Notes: generated from the sequence alone by a model not told the origin. Shown: positions 7,593-18,101, counted from the first letter of the whole stretch. The stretch is DNA of 63,314 nucleotides, filler included, from Eubacteriales bacterium (GCA_045636665.1; 8 parts of 8 records of this genome joined end to end with filler, not necessarily neighbours in it), one strand, 5' to 3'. Program-made: numbers and translations.

Positions 7593-9353
7593 TTACTTGC
7601 TTGTTTCAGAAATAAACATTTCGATCTGGTCGGTAATGGTCTTAAGACTTTCGCGCCAGAACTCGGGACGTGTTAGATCGATTCCGGCAATAGCGGCTAC
7701 GTTTTCAACAGTGTCAACCGTTGTAGCACGGAGAAGCTCGCGGTATTTGGGAAGGAACGCTTCGCCTTCTTCAAGATACTTGGCGTAAAGTCCGCGCGAG
7801 AAAAGACCGCCGAATGCGTAGGGGAAGTTGTAATAGCTTAATCCTGCGCGGTAGTAATGACTCTTGCAGCACCACATATAAGGGTGTAAGCATTCGGGAT
7901 CGAGTCCGTCGCCGTACGCTTCCTTTTGCGCGTTTGTCATTATCTTTTCAAGCTCGTTGGCATAAAGGAAGGTGTCATTTCTGCGGCGAATAACCTCATC
8001 TTCAAACAGGAATCGCGAGTAGATATCAACGATGATCTGAGTCGAATCCTGAATCTGGCTTTCAATCAGCTGAATCTTTTCTTCGCCCTCGGATTTGGCA
8101 ATAGCATCGTTTACGATAATAAGCTCGTTAAAGTTCGACGCAGTTTCGGCAACGGGCATTGTGTATCCGGTGTTAAGAGGACGGTGTGACTGAATCTGCT
8201 GACCGTGGTATGCGTGTCCGAGCTCGTGTGCGAGAGTTACGACCGAGCCGAAGCTTCCTGAGAAGTTAGTAAGAATTCTGCTCTGACCGACAAAGGGAAG
8301 ATTGGAGCAGAATGCACCGCCCACTTTACCTGCACGCGGATAAAAGTCAATCCATTCCTCATTAAACGCGCGGTCTACCATTTCGGCAAGATCGGGCGCG
8401 AAGGTTGCAAAGTGCTCTACAAGATACTTATGCGCGTCCTCAACCGAAAAACTTTCGCTGCCTGCCTTCCCCATAGGAGCCAATATTTCGTACCAAGGAA
8501 GCCCGTTTTCGTATCCCAGAAGCTTTGCCTTGTGACGGAGATACTTTCTGAAAGCAGGCATTGCCTCGCGCATTGCTTCAAGCATGGCATCAAGCGTTGC
8601 TTTCTCCATACGGGACTGCTTAAGAGTCATCGCAAGAGGATCGGCATATCCGCGAAGCTCTGCTTCAAGATTAACCTGTGCCTTTATACTGTTAAGAGCG
8701 AATGCGATGGAATCCTTTATCTTGTCATAGCAAGCGATCTCGGCTTCAAATGCCGACTTTCGCACAGCAGGATCTTCGCTGTCAGCAAGACCTCGTATAG
8801 CGGAGAGAGAAGTTACCTCGCCATTATAATCCACCTTGACAGTGGACGTAAGGTGCGAGAACAGATCGCCCCACGCCTTGCCGCCGGATATGTTCATCTT
8901 TGCGAAAAGAGCTTCTGCCTCGTCGCTCATCATATGTGATATGTCATTTTTTATTTCTTCAAAGTAGAATTTATATTGCGAAAGAAGCTCGTCGGATTCA
9001 ATAACGCTGTCAAGATCATCAAGATTTCCCGCAAATTTCTCGAACATTACGTTGTCCTTTGTGGTGGATGCGATCATGGCAGAGATCTTTGTCAGGTACG
9101 ATGCACCCTCTGCGTCACTGCTGTCGGCAGAACGGCGAAGACTGAAATATCCCGCAAGTTTGCGCACCAAAACGGTCAGCTCCTCCTTAACCTCGATAAC
9201 GTTTCTGAGCGTTTTAGCCGCATTATCCTTGTCAAGTGCAGCAACGGTTTCACCGAAAACGGAAATGAGCGTCTTAAAGCGCTCCATATCAGATGCAAGA
9301 TTCGGGTCGTCGATACCGCGGTAAAGCACGTCAAGTGACCAAGTGTTGTACAT
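7593..9353 (-). CDS. pepF: M3B oligoendopeptidase F
   Basis: HELGHAYH zinc motif, GK.GGAFC, AETASNFNE, YNFPYAFG; AAAGGAG RBS before ATG 9353. Confidence 0.9.
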   Translation of the reverse strand: MYNTWSLDVLYRGIDDPNLASDMERFKTLISVFGETVAALDKDNAAKTLRNVIEVKEELTVLVRKLAGYFSLRRSADSSDAEGASYLTKISAMIASTTKDNVMFEKFAGNLDDLDSVIESDELLSQYKFYFEEIKNDISHMMSDEAEALFAKMNISGGKAWGDLFSHLTSTVKVDYNGEVTSLSAIRGLADSEDPAVRKSAFEAEIACYDKIKDSIAFALNSIKAQVNLEAELRGYADPLAMTLKQSRMEKATLDAMLEAMREAMPAFRKYLRHKAKLLGYENGLPWYEILAPMGKAGSESFSVEDAHKYLVEHFATFAPDLAEMVDRAFNEEWIDFYPRAGKVGGAFCSNLPFVGQSRILTNFSGSFGSVVTLAHELGHAYHGQQIQSHRPLNTGYTMPVAETASNFNELIIVNDAIAKSEGEEKIQLIESQIQDSTQIIVDIYSRFLFEDEVIRRRNDTFLYANELEKIMTNAQKEAYGDGLDPECLHPYMWCCKSHYYRAGLSYYNFPYAFGGLFSRGLYAKYLEEGEAFLPKYRELLRATTVDTVENVAAIAGIDLTRPEFWRESLKTITDQIEMFISETSK

Positions 9354-9438
9354 ATCGTTTGCTCCTTTACAGTCGTTTAAATTTGTTTTAAACATTATAT
9401 CATTAAAAAACGGCTTTTTCAATAACAAAACGAAGCTA

Positions 9439-9467
9439 TTGAAGTATGAATAAAAATATGATATAAT
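9439..9467 (+). promoter_or_regulatory. Sigma-A promoter of the accessory array
   Basis: TTGAAG-17nt-TATAAT with extended TG. Confidence 0.6.
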
Positions 9468-9544
9468 TAAATTAATATTTGTGGAGAACGACGCCTTTGA
9501 ATTAAAGTATGCGGTGATATATAGAAATACAAGAAAGGGAAAAA

Positions 9545-10339
9545 ATGAGCGATAAATTTTTATTTTTCAGTTCTGAAACCACACCTCCCGCAGGACAGTT
9601 ATTGTCTGATATTTATCTTCCTATAGAAACAGAATTTAATCGAAAGTTTAGCGAAAAAAATTACGGTACAGAACTGGATAGAGTAGCTATAATTTGCGTT
9701 TGTTTTGCAAAAGAATGGATTGACTACAATCCTATTAATGAACGCAAATACGTTAGTAAAAAAAACAGATATGCCGATTTTCGTTTGTCATTGGATTTTG
9801 AACAATTCATGAAAGCTGATAATGATGCCCGTGAAAAGCTATTTCTTGATTTGGTCAAAAATGCTATCGACGTTCTATGTTTGCGTTTGCCAACTTTTTC
9901 AAAACATGAATTTCTTGACGATCTCAGTGAAATTGTTGAATCGGTCAAACAAAACGATAAGAGAAAACAAAGTGTTTCAAACACAATTTGTATAGATAGT
10001 CGTTTTATATTTATCGCAAATCACTGCCCTGAATATATAGGTGGAAACGAAGTTGAGCAAAGTCAAATATTGTCGAATATATATGATTCAATATCCGAAG
10101 ATATATCGGAAGAAGAACGCATTTCTATATTTATTAATCATGTTAATAAGACTTTTAATATAGAAGATGAACATTATCCCAAATGGACAGAAGCTCCCGA
10201 ATGGCCTGTATGTAACGGAATACCAATGAAATTCATATCCCAGAAGAGGGATATGGGTAATTCGGGTGATATCCGCACCGAGTATGTATTCGAAGATATT
10301 TTCACAGGAGAACAACGGATTGTTGAACAATTCACTTGA
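9545..10339 (+). CDS. Hypothetical fusion: Imm44-like immunity N-domain plus C-domain paralogous to the next gene
   Basis: N-half resembles Imm44-type proteins (NYG.EL..I.II.C, ADFRL.LDF..F); C-half CPEYIGG..YPKW.EAPEWP..PMKF.SQK..GEQRIVEQFT. Confidence 0.5.
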   Translation: MSDKFLFFSSETTPPAGQLLSDIYLPIETEFNRKFSEKNYGTELDRVAIICVCFAKEWIDYNPINERKYVSKKNRYADFRLSLDFEQFMKADNDAREKLFLDLVKNAIDVLCLRLPTFSKHEFLDDLSEIVESVKQNDKRKQSVSNTICIDSRFIFIANHCPEYIGGNEVEQSQILSNIYDSISEDISEEERISIFINHVNKTFNIEDEHYPKWTEAPEWPVCNGIPMKFISQKRDMGNSGDIRTEYVFEDIFTGEQRIVEQFT

Positions 10340-10346
10340 TGTATTG
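10307..10346 (+). repeat. 40-bp perfect direct repeat, copy 1
   Basis: GGAGAACAACGGATTGTTGAACAATTCACTTGATGTATTG, identical to 11158-11197. Confidence 0.95.
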
Positions 10347-10503
10347 CTCATGCATAATGGTGTTAACGGAAAACATACAGTATTGCATTTAAAAGACACC
10401 TTTCAAACTCGAAACTGTGAAAGAGTTATTAGAAAAGTTGCTATGTAGTTGTGAACCGAACCGTTAAAAACGGTTCGGTTGCATGACAATAAAGAGGGTA
10501 ATT

Positions 10504-11190
10504 ATGGAAAATATAAAATCGTATTTAATTGATTTTGCAGAAGGTCGAGTTGAAGTTTCTGACTTTCTCGATTATTGTAAAATACATCCGGAGGTTCTTG
10601 ATTTTCTTACAAGCATAGCAGATACGAAATTCAAGACAACGATTGTGCATAAAGTAAGGGACGAAAATGGCTTTACCCAGTACATTCCCGAACAATTGCC
10701 GTTCGACGCTAAATTATTCATAGATGAAGAAACTAAGACTAATGGCGGAACGATAGGAAAATATTTTAATATCCATGATCTGTTTTCAAATGTGTTGGTT
10801 GCCGCATTTCCGCACGAAAACATCATTATTGATGAAACTTTGCATGAGAAATATTGTTTTATGTTGGATGCTTGCCCCGAGTATATCGGCGGCGAACAAG
10901 CGGATGAATTGATAGAACAATTGTTAGAATCGCTTCCTAAAGAGTTGAGCAAAACAAAACGCATCAAACTTTTTAAAGAGCAAGTGAAGGAATTATTCCA
11001 TATTGAATCAAACAAATATCCGAGATGGATCCAAAGTCCGGAATGGCCGATTGGAGAAAACGGTGTTCCTATGCGATTTGTTTCTCAAAAACGAAAAAAA
11101 GGCAAAGAGTATGAAACCATTCTATATACAGAGTTTTTGTTTGAGGATGTAAAAACCGGAGAACAACGGATTGTTGAACAATTCACTTGA
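10504..11190 (+). CDS. Hypothetical protein, possibly YwqG/DUF1963-like immunity-related
   Basis: YPRWIQSPEWP..PMRFVSQ motif; paralog of the C-half of the upstream gene. Confidence 0.5.
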   Translation: MENIKSYLIDFAEGRVEVSDFLDYCKIHPEVLDFLTSIADTKFKTTIVHKVRDENGFTQYIPEQLPFDAKLFIDEETKTNGGTIGKYFNIHDLFSNVLVAAFPHENIIIDETLHEKYCFMLDACPEYIGGEQADELIEQLLESLPKELSKTKRIKLFKEQVKELFHIESNKYPRWIQSPEWPIGENGVPMRFVSQKRKKGKEYETILYTEFLFEDVKTGEQRIVEQFT

Positions 11191-11197
11191 TGTATTG
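11158..11197 (+). repeat. 40-bp perfect direct repeat, copy 2
   Basis: Identical to 10307-10346. Confidence 0.95.
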
Positions 11198-11221
11198 TTT
11201 AAGAATCGAGGTATTCTGTAA

Positions 11222-12031
11222 ATGACTGAACCGAAAACGAAACCGTCTGTTCTTATCACGGGCGCATACGGCGGTATGGGCAAGGCGACGGTAAAGACTT
11301 TGCGTGACAACGGCTTTCGCGTCTTCGCGCTTGACAAAACCGTAGGTGCGGAAGAGAAAAATATAATACCCATAAAAGCAGATATAACCGATGAAAACAG
11401 CATAAAAGCCGCATTTGAAACGGTAAGCGGAATGACCGACGGGTTATTTGCCATAATTCACTTTGCGGGGATCTATATGCTCGACTCGCTTGTCGAAATG
11501 GAAAGCTCCGATTTTGAAAAAATATTCAAAATAAACCTTGGCGGCGTTTATCTTATAAACAAGACCTTTTTGCCGCTTCTGACCGAAGGCTCGAGGATAT
11601 TAATAACCACAAGCGAGCTTGCACCGCTCGATCCTCTTCCTTTCACGGGAATTTATGCCGTAACCAAGAGCGCACTTGACAAATATGCCTATTCACTGCG
11701 AATGGAGCTGCAGCTTAAAGGAATAAAGGTCAGCGTTCTTCGTGCGGGTGCTGTATCCACGGGTATGCTCGGCGTATCTACCGATGCGCTCGACCGATTT
11801 TGTAAAAAAACCGATATTTACACCTGCAACGCAAGTCGCTTCAAGCAAATAGTCGAAAGGGTAGAGGCGAGAAGCATATCACCCGCCAAGATTGCTGAGA
11901 AGGCTGCCGGTATACTCGCTAAACACTCTACGCGCTTTTCGTACAGCATCAACCGGAATCCGTTACTCCTGATGTTGAACGCTTTGCCTAAAGGACTTCA
12001 GCTTTGGATAATCAAACAGGTGCTTAAATAG
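11222..12031 (+). CDS. SDR family oxidoreductase
   Basis: TGAYGGMG nucleotide-binding motif and YAVTK catalytic motif. Confidence 0.9.
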   Translation: MTEPKTKPSVLITGAYGGMGKATVKTLRDNGFRVFALDKTVGAEEKNIIPIKADITDENSIKAAFETVSGMTDGLFAIIHFAGIYMLDSLVEMESSDFEKIFKINLGGVYLINKTFLPLLTEGSRILITTSELAPLDPLPFTGIYAVTKSALDKYAYSLRMELQLKGIKVSVLRAGAVSTGMLGVSTDALDRFCKKTDIYTCNASRFKQIVERVEARSISPAKIAEKAAGILAKHSTRFSYSINRNPLLLMLNALPKGLQLWIIKQVLK

Positions 12032-12046
12032 AGGTAATATTACGCT

Positions 12047-12733
12047 ATGAAAATCGAAAATAACGTATTGAGGCATTATCTGAAAAATGTATATTTTATC
12101 ACAGGTACTGCGTATGCCGGAAAGTCCACCGCGGTGAAAATGCTCGCGGAAAAATACGGTATGGTTCTCTGCGGCGAAAATTATCATATGACGGTGTCCG
12201 ATTCGGTGGCAACGCCCGAAACATACCCCGACCTCTGCTATAACAAAAGCTTGACAAACTGGGCGGATTTTGTAACGCGCACACCCGAGGAGTATGAGCG
12301 TTGGATCTTCAGCGTAGGCAGAGAAGCGGCGGAGTTTGAAATAGCCGAGCTTATTTCCGTATCAAAAGACAAAAAGGTAATAGTTGATACCAATATTCCG
12401 CTCGACGTCTTAAAGGAAATATCCGATTATAATCGTGTTGCGGTGATGCTTTGCCCACGATCAATGTCTGTTGATCGCTTTTTCGACCGAACAGATCCCG
12501 ATAAACAGTTTCTTCTAAACGTTATTAACAACTGTGAAAACCCCGAAGCGGTAATGGAAAACTATCGTAAGGGGTTAGAACGCATCAACAGTAAACAACA
12601 CTACGATGAATACGCTGACAGCGGCTTTTTCACCGTCATCCGCGAGGACAACGGTATCGATACACGAGAAGAGGTTTGCGGCAAAATCGCAAAGCATTTT
12701 GGGTTAACGGAGATTCCAAACGAAAACGAATAA
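12047..12733 (+). CDS. P-loop kinase-like protein
   Basis: Walker A GTAYAGKST. Confidence 0.7.
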   Translation: MKIENNVLRHYLKNVYFITGTAYAGKSTAVKMLAEKYGMVLCGENYHMTVSDSVATPETYPDLCYNKSLTNWADFVTRTPEEYERWIFSVGREAAEFEIAELISVSKDKKVIVDTNIPLDVLKEISDYNRVAVMLCPRSMSVDRFFDRTDPDKQFLLNVINNCENPEAVMENYRKGLERINSKQHYDEYADSGFFTVIREDNGIDTREEVCGKIAKHFGLTEIPNENE

Positions 12734-12890
12734 GGATGATATAATGTTTTTACAGAAGTTATTTACGGAGAACAGCGGAGTTGAAAATGAAGCTTGCACT
12801 CAATGCATTATCGTGACCCCACAGAAAAGTCCAAGAATTACGCAAAAGAGAAGCGGGCAGATATAATCGCCACTTACATCAAAGACTGAT

Positions 12891-13646
12891 ATGAACCAAT
12901 ACCTTAAAAACCTAAATAAAATCGAATTTGTCATCACTTACGCCTGCACGGGTCGTTGTAAGCATTGCTCCGAGGGTGACCATACGATTTGCGGTGAGCG
13001 AATCGACCCTTTTATTGCCGCGGATGCTGTGCGAAAGATTGCTAAAGAATACGATATAAAAACCGTGATGACCTTTGGCGGCGAACCGCTTTTGTACCCA
13101 GATGCCGTTTATGAAATTATGAACGCCGCAAAGGAACTTAATATTCCTAAACGTCAGGTAATAACCAACGGTTACTTTTCAAAAAATGCCGAGCAGATTT
13201 GCGAGGTTACAAAGCGACTTGCCGAATGCGGTGTGAACGATTTGCTTCTTTCTGTGGATGCCTTTCATCAGGAAAACATTCCGCTTGAAGTGGTTAAAAT
13301 TTTCGCCGCAGAAGCAAAGAAAAAAGGCATTCCGATACGCCTTCAACCTGCGTGGCTGGTGAGTCCGACAGATGATAACCCATACAACCGCAAAACGAGA
13401 GAAATACTTAACAGCTTTTCCGATATGGGAATCTTTGAAAACGAGGGTAATATTATCTTCCCCGAAGGTAATGCGCTGAAATATCTCGCCGAGTATTTTA
13501 TGGACGAGCTTCCCGAAAATCCGTATATCGAAGACCCATTCGACGTGCGTTGTGCTTCGTTCTCGCCAAACGGCGACGTTCTTGGCGAAAACGTGTATCG
13601 GTGCGATATTATTGAGATAATGAAACGCTATACTCCGCAGAAGTAG
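12891..13646 (+). CDS. Radical SAM protein
   Basis: CTGRCKHC, FGGEPLL, ITNG. Confidence 0.9.
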   Translation: MNQYLKNLNKIEFVITYACTGRCKHCSEGDHTICGERIDPFIAADAVRKIAKEYDIKTVMTFGGEPLLYPDAVYEIMNAAKELNIPKRQVITNGYFSKNAEQICEVTKRLAECGVNDLLLSVDAFHQENIPLEVVKIFAAEAKKKGIPIRLQPAWLVSPTDDNPYNRKTREILNSFSDMGIFENEGNIIFPEGNALKYLAEYFMDELPENPYIEDPFDVRCASFSPNGDVLGENVYRCDIIEIMKRYTPQK

Positions 13647-13668
13647 TTCAAAAAGGAGATTTTACGGT

Positions 13669-14346
13669 ATGGATACAAGCCGTTACATACGATACAAGCA
13701 AATGCTTTTCGAAAAAGGTTTTTCGGAAGCAAAAAAGAAAAGCGGACGTTTCTTTCGCCAAGCAACCGAGCAAACCGCTTTTGTTTTCAACCTCGAAGAC
13801 GATGGCGACAATTGCGTAACTATCCTTTACGGCTTTGCCTCTACTGCATATATGCTCGGTGACGAAGAGTGGTTTTCAAACCATGGCTCCGATGCCGAAG
13901 AATGTCAGGTAAGGAATATTTGCTGTATATATGACGAAAAGAGCGAAAACGAGATTGGCGAAAGCATTTTGCAATTTTATAATCAATACAAAGATTATTC
14001 AAAGGCAGAGATACTTGCAGTAAAAAAAGAACGGCAAAAGGCGTTTCTTGCACATTTCGCCCGTGCTTTGAAGCCGCTCGGCTTCAAAAAGAAAGGAACA
14101 AGATGGTCGAAAACGATCGATGGCAAAAAAACTCTTTCCTTCGATGCTCAAAAATCCGCGTATTCGGATCAGTATTATTTCAATATCACCGTACACAATC
14201 CTTCCGATTATTATTCGGCCTTTTCTAACGAGCGTGTAGTTATGTGTGGGAAAAATATATATAATTGGCAATTAATGACAGACGAACAGATAGAAAATCT
14301 GATTCAATTTACTTTGAAAACTTATATCGAGCCGATATTGAATTGA
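13669..14346 (+). CDS. DUF4304-like protein
   Basis: LKPLGFKKKG.RW...QKS.YS..YYFN motif. Confidence 0.55.
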   Translation: MDTSRYIRYKQMLFEKGFSEAKKKSGRFFRQATEQTAFVFNLEDDGDNCVTILYGFASTAYMLGDEEWFSNHGSDAEECQVRNICCIYDEKSENEIGESILQFYNQYKDYSKAEILAVKKERQKAFLAHFARALKPLGFKKKGTRWSKTIDGKKTLSFDAQKSAYSDQYYFNITVHNPSDYYSAFSNERVVMCGKNIYNWQLMTDEQIENLIQFTLKTYIEPILN

Positions 14347-14429
14347 GCGTGTTTTATGATTGCCTGTGTTATCATACTTATGACAAGGCAAACTTGTAAA
14401 GCTTAAAGTAATAATTTTGGGAGTATAAC

Positions 14430-14918
14430 ATGGAATTCAACCCTATTGATAAAATACCTGAACTAACTAAAATGCTTCAAGCATATAACCCGATAATTCA
14501 TTCGAAATCTGACGAGGGATATGATTGGTTGGAAGAAGATTCATTGTGCATAGAAATACCCAACCCTTACGGAGGCGACAGCATCACGATAGAATGTGAA
14601 GATTGCGGAGAATTTACGGTTGGGTTTTCATATTATCATTCGCATTATTTCGCGCATAATTACGGATACAGCAATATGTGCGAGGAATTATCGAGCTTAT
14701 TAAATAACAAATGTTGTTCTGCCGCCATATTCTGCGGAAGTGAGAACGAATGGCTCGGAAGCACATTGATTGAAACTGAGAAGCTATCGCTTCCGATTGA
14801 AAAAACATTCGACTTCGTATTCAAGCATAATGAGCGCAAAGAAAAGTTGCGCATAAACGGCGGCGAGGCGCGATTTGATTTTTGGGACAGTAACTTAAGC
14901 AAAATAATCAAGCTATAA
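14430..14918 (+). CDS. Hypothetical protein
   Basis: 162-aa ORF with GGGAG RBS; no recognised motif. Confidence 0.6.
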   Translation: MEFNPIDKIPELTKMLQAYNPIIHSKSDEGYDWLEEDSLCIEIPNPYGGDSITIECEDCGEFTVGFSYYHSHYFAHNYGYSNMCEELSSLLNNKCCSAAIFCGSENEWLGSTLIETEKLSLPIEKTFDFVFKHNERKEKLRINGGEARFDFWDSNLSKIIKL

Positions 14919-15048
14919 AATCTCAAGTTATTTTGGTTTAACGAACGAATAAGGTTACCTCACGTCTTCAACCTTCGCGGTCGGTAAGAGCGACGTTTTA
15001 GACGGAAGCCTATATTATGGAGATTTTACGTAAATACAGAGGACTGCA

Positions 15049-15648
15049 ATGACAGATAACGAAAACGCTTGGGACAAGCTGTTAAATATAAAAACAAGCG
15101 GTCGGGATGACACAAACGCAGACCTTTACCGTTATCCATACGAGCCAACGCCCTACTGTGTTTTGGAGCGCTTGGCGAATAGCGCTCTTATTCGCAAGGG
15201 CGACGTGGTTTTGGACTATGGCTGTGGGAAAGGTCGTGTTTCCTTTTTTCTGTCCTATCAAACAAAAGCCAAGACCATAGGAATTGAATATGACGAACGG
15301 ATTTATGCCCGTGCGTTGGAAAATTTGAAAACGGCAAGAGCAAAGGCAGACATTGTTGCCACTCGGGCAGAAGAATATGATGTACCGCAGGATGTCAATC
15401 GATGCTATTTCTTCAACCCGTTTTCTGTGGAGCTTCTTCGTTCGGTTATGGCAAGAATTATCGAATCCTATTATACAGCCCCAAGGGAAATGTTTTTGTT
15501 TTTCTATTACCCGTCGGACGAGTATATGTGTTATCTTGCCACAATTGACGAGCTGGAATTTTACGACGAAATAGATTGCGTCGACCTTTTTGACGGTAAC
15601 AACCGCAGGGAACGGATAATGATTTTCCGTTTGCCTTTGATGGAGTAA
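15049..15648 (+). CDS. Class I SAM-dependent methyltransferase
   Basis: YEPTPY, LDYGCGKGR, FFNPF. Confidence 0.85.
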   Translation: MTDNENAWDKLLNIKTSGRDDTNADLYRYPYEPTPYCVLERLANSALIRKGDVVLDYGCGKGRVSFFLSYQTKAKTIGIEYDERIYARALENLKTARAKADIVATRAEEYDVPQDVNRCYFFNPFSVELLRSVMARIIESYYTAPREMFLFFYYPSDEYMCYLATIDELEFYDEIDCVDLFDGNNRRERIMIFRLPLME

Positions 15649-15653
15649 AAATT

Positions 15654-16079
15654 ATGACTAAACAACTTATGCACGACCCGATATTCCTTGCAGGAAAGTC
15701 GGAAATCGCAACAAAAGAAGATTTACAAGTCGCGCAAGACCTGCTTGATACGCTCATAACGCACAAGGATGGCTGTGTCGGTATGGCGGCGAATATGATC
15801 GGTGTCCGCAAGCGAATCATAGCATTCCTTGATGAGAGCGGGAAGTCGCCGACCTACACGGTGATGCTCAATCCCGAAATTATCAAAAAGGACGGCGCTT
15901 ACGATGCGGAGGAAGGCTGTCTGTCCCTCCTCGGAGGTCCCAGACCTTGTAAACGCTATAAATCTATTAAGGTCAAATACCAAACCACCGAGCTTCAAAC
16001 GCGCATCAAAACCTACACCGGCTGGACAGCGCAGATTATCCAGCACGAGGTCGATCACTGCAACGGTATATTGATATAA
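15654..16079 (+). CDS. def: Peptide deformylase
   Basis: VGMAAN, EGCLS, QHEVDH motifs. Confidence 0.85.
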   Translation: MTKQLMHDPIFLAGKSEIATKEDLQVAQDLLDTLITHKDGCVGMAANMIGVRKRIIAFLDESGKSPTYTVMLNPEIIKKDGAYDAEEGCLSLLGGPRPCKRYKSIKVKYQTTELQTRIKTYTGWTAQIIQHEVDHCNGILI

Positions 16080-16101
16080 CCTGATTCAACGGAGATTTCA
16101 A

Positions 16102-16617
16102 ATGCAAACAAAAAAGGTGATAGTTAGCCCTTACGACGAAGCTTGGAAATCAGCTTTCGAAGCAATCAAGCGGGAAATAGAAAGCGCTATCGGTGATTTA
16201 ATTCTCGGTATCGAGCATGTTGGCAGTACGTCGGTAGAAGGAATGTCTGCTAAGCCTTGTATTGATATTGATGTGATAATCAAGGATTACTCGGTATTCG
16301 ACACAGTCGTTGGTAAATTACAATCGATTGGATATACCCACGAAGGCGACCTTGGAATCAAGGATAGAGAGGCATTCAAATATTCAAATAAGCCGCATTT
16401 GCAAAACCACCATTTATATGTGTGTCCGCAGTATTCCGAAGAACTGCACCGTCACATCACTTTCAGAGATTTTTTAAGAGGTAATACGGAAGCGGTTAAA
16501 AAGTACAGCTTGATAAAGGAAAACGCCGCAAAACTCTTTCCGAACGATATTGATAAATATATCGAATACAAATCACCTTGCATCGAAGAACTATATGCGC
16601 TGTGCGGTTTAAAATAG
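16102..16617 (+). CDS. GrpB/UPF0157 family nucleotidyltransferase-fold protein
   Basis: IEHVGSTSV.G..AKP.IDID; HITFRDFLR. Confidence 0.9.
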   Translation: MQTKKVIVSPYDEAWKSAFEAIKREIESAIGDLILGIEHVGSTSVEGMSAKPCIDIDVIIKDYSVFDTVVGKLQSIGYTHEGDLGIKDREAFKYSNKPHLQNHHLYVCPQYSEELHRHITFRDFLRGNTEAVKKYSLIKENAAKLFPNDIDKYIEYKSPCIEELYALCGLK

Positions 16618-16704
16618 CGGGTAAGCATAGCATACAAAGGAAACCGAGGACCGCTTTGTCCCTGACTTGAAATAATCTATATAAAATAAAGCAGAGGTTA
16701 AAAT

Positions 16705-17706
16705 ATGGAATTAAAGTACACGAAGCCGATAACCGGAACTTGGTTTGAGTTCCGCCATCATAATGCCAGAGAAGGCGTATATTGGGATAATACTCTTCAA
16801 AATTTCACCGAAGAACAATGGCGCGCAAAGATTCGCGAAATGAAAGAATTCGGTATGAAATATGCGATTTTGCTTTGCACCACGCTAAACGGTAAGACGT
16901 ATTTTAAATCATCTGTGTTCGAGGAACGATGGGAGCTTGCCTGCAACGATCCTATCGAGGTCGTTCTTGACGAGGCGGACAAAGTAGGGTTGAATATATT
17001 TTTGAGCAACGGATTTTACGGCAACTGGCGCGAAACAGGGCGTAATATGACACATCCGAGAGATATTATGTCTAATGCGGAAATTCTCCGTCGCACGTGC
17101 GTGGCAATGAACGAGCTGACAGAGCTGTACGGTCACCATAGCAGCTTTTATGGTTGGTACTATCCCGACGAAACTTGGATTAACAAGTATATGGACGAAT
17201 CGTTTATTAAATACGTCAACTATTCCTCTGCGGAGATGCATAAGCTCGGAAAACGATTCAAATCACTCATCAGCCCGTACGGCACAAAGGATTTAGTTGC
17301 CGACGATAAATATATCAGCGATCTTTCACGCCTTGACGTTGATATATGTGCATATCAAGACGAGGTCGGTGTTCAAAAAAGCTCCTACGACGATACCGCC
17401 GCATATTATGAAGCGCTTAAAAAAGCACACGATAAAGCAGGCAGATCTGTTCTTTTCGGCAACGCGGAGGCCTTTCGCTTTGAAGGACAGGTCTATCAAT
17501 CCGCACTGCTTCCCGCACCGTTTGAGCGCTTGCAAAAACAGCTCGAGGCTATGTCTCCGTACGTTGAGGAAATCTTTATTTATCAGTATCCGGGACTAAT
17601 CAGCAAGCCCGAAAGTATAGCGCAGCTGGGACATTCCGATACCGAAAAGCTGTACGTTGACTATATGAATTACCGCAAGAAAATTGAAATAGAGGGTGTA
17701 AAATGA
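16705..17706 (+). CDS. DUF4434 family glycoside hydrolase-like TIM barrel
   Basis: PITGTW, HSSFYGWYYPDE, AYQDEVG. Confidence 0.7.
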   Translation: MELKYTKPITGTWFEFRHHNAREGVYWDNTLQNFTEEQWRAKIREMKEFGMKYAILLCTTLNGKTYFKSSVFEERWELACNDPIEVVLDEADKVGLNIFLSNGFYGNWRETGRNMTHPRDIMSNAEILRRTCVAMNELTELYGHHSSFYGWYYPDETWINKYMDESFIKYVNYSSAEMHKLGKRFKSLISPYGTKDLVADDKYISDLSRLDVDICAYQDEVGVQKSSYDDTAAYYEALKKAHDKAGRSVLFGNAEAFRFEGQVYQSALLPAPFERLQKQLEAMSPYVEEIFIYQYPGLISKPESIAQLGHSDTEKLYVDYMNYRKKIEIEGVK

Positions 17707-18095
17707 AACGTGTTTATGATTTCTTGAAAAAAGCAGAAACCTATTACCTTGCAACGGTTGAGGGCGACCAGCCGAGAGTCCGTCCCTTCGGCACGATTAA
17801 CGAGTTTGAGGGCAAGCTCTATATACAAACGGGCAAGGTTAAGCCCACAAGCCACCAACTCGCGGCAAACCCCAAGGCGGAGATTTGCGCGTTCACAGAG
17901 GGCGCGTGGATTCGTATCGCCTGCGAGCTTATCGAGGACGACCGCTTTGAGGCAAAGAAGTCTATGCTCGATGCCTATCCCAACCTTCGCGGAATGTACG
18001 ACGAAAACGACGGCAACACTCAGGTCTTCTATATGAAGAATGCCGTTGCGACCTTCAGCGCATTTGGTAAGGCTCCCGAGATTGTTGAGTTTTGA
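17703..18095 (+). CDS. Pyridoxamine 5'-phosphate oxidase-like flavin-binding protein
   Basis: YYLATVEGDQPRVRPFG; NPKAEIC. Confidence 0.85.
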   Translation: MKRVYDFLKKAETYYLATVEGDQPRVRPFGTINEFEGKLYIQTGKVKPTSHQLAANPKAEICAFTEGAWIRIACELIEDDRFEAKKSMLDAYPNLRGMYDENDGNTQVFYMKNAVATFSAFGKAPEIVEF

Positions 18096-18101
18096 TTTAT
18101 T

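Noticed and set aside
10307..11197. DGR template/variable repeat or CRISPR repeat
   Set aside because: Only two identical copies 851 bp apart, no adenine-specific mismatches, and no reverse transcriptase or cas genes
17703..18095. nim nitroimidazole resistance gene
   Set aside because: Only generic PNPOx-like fold motifs; specificity is unsupported
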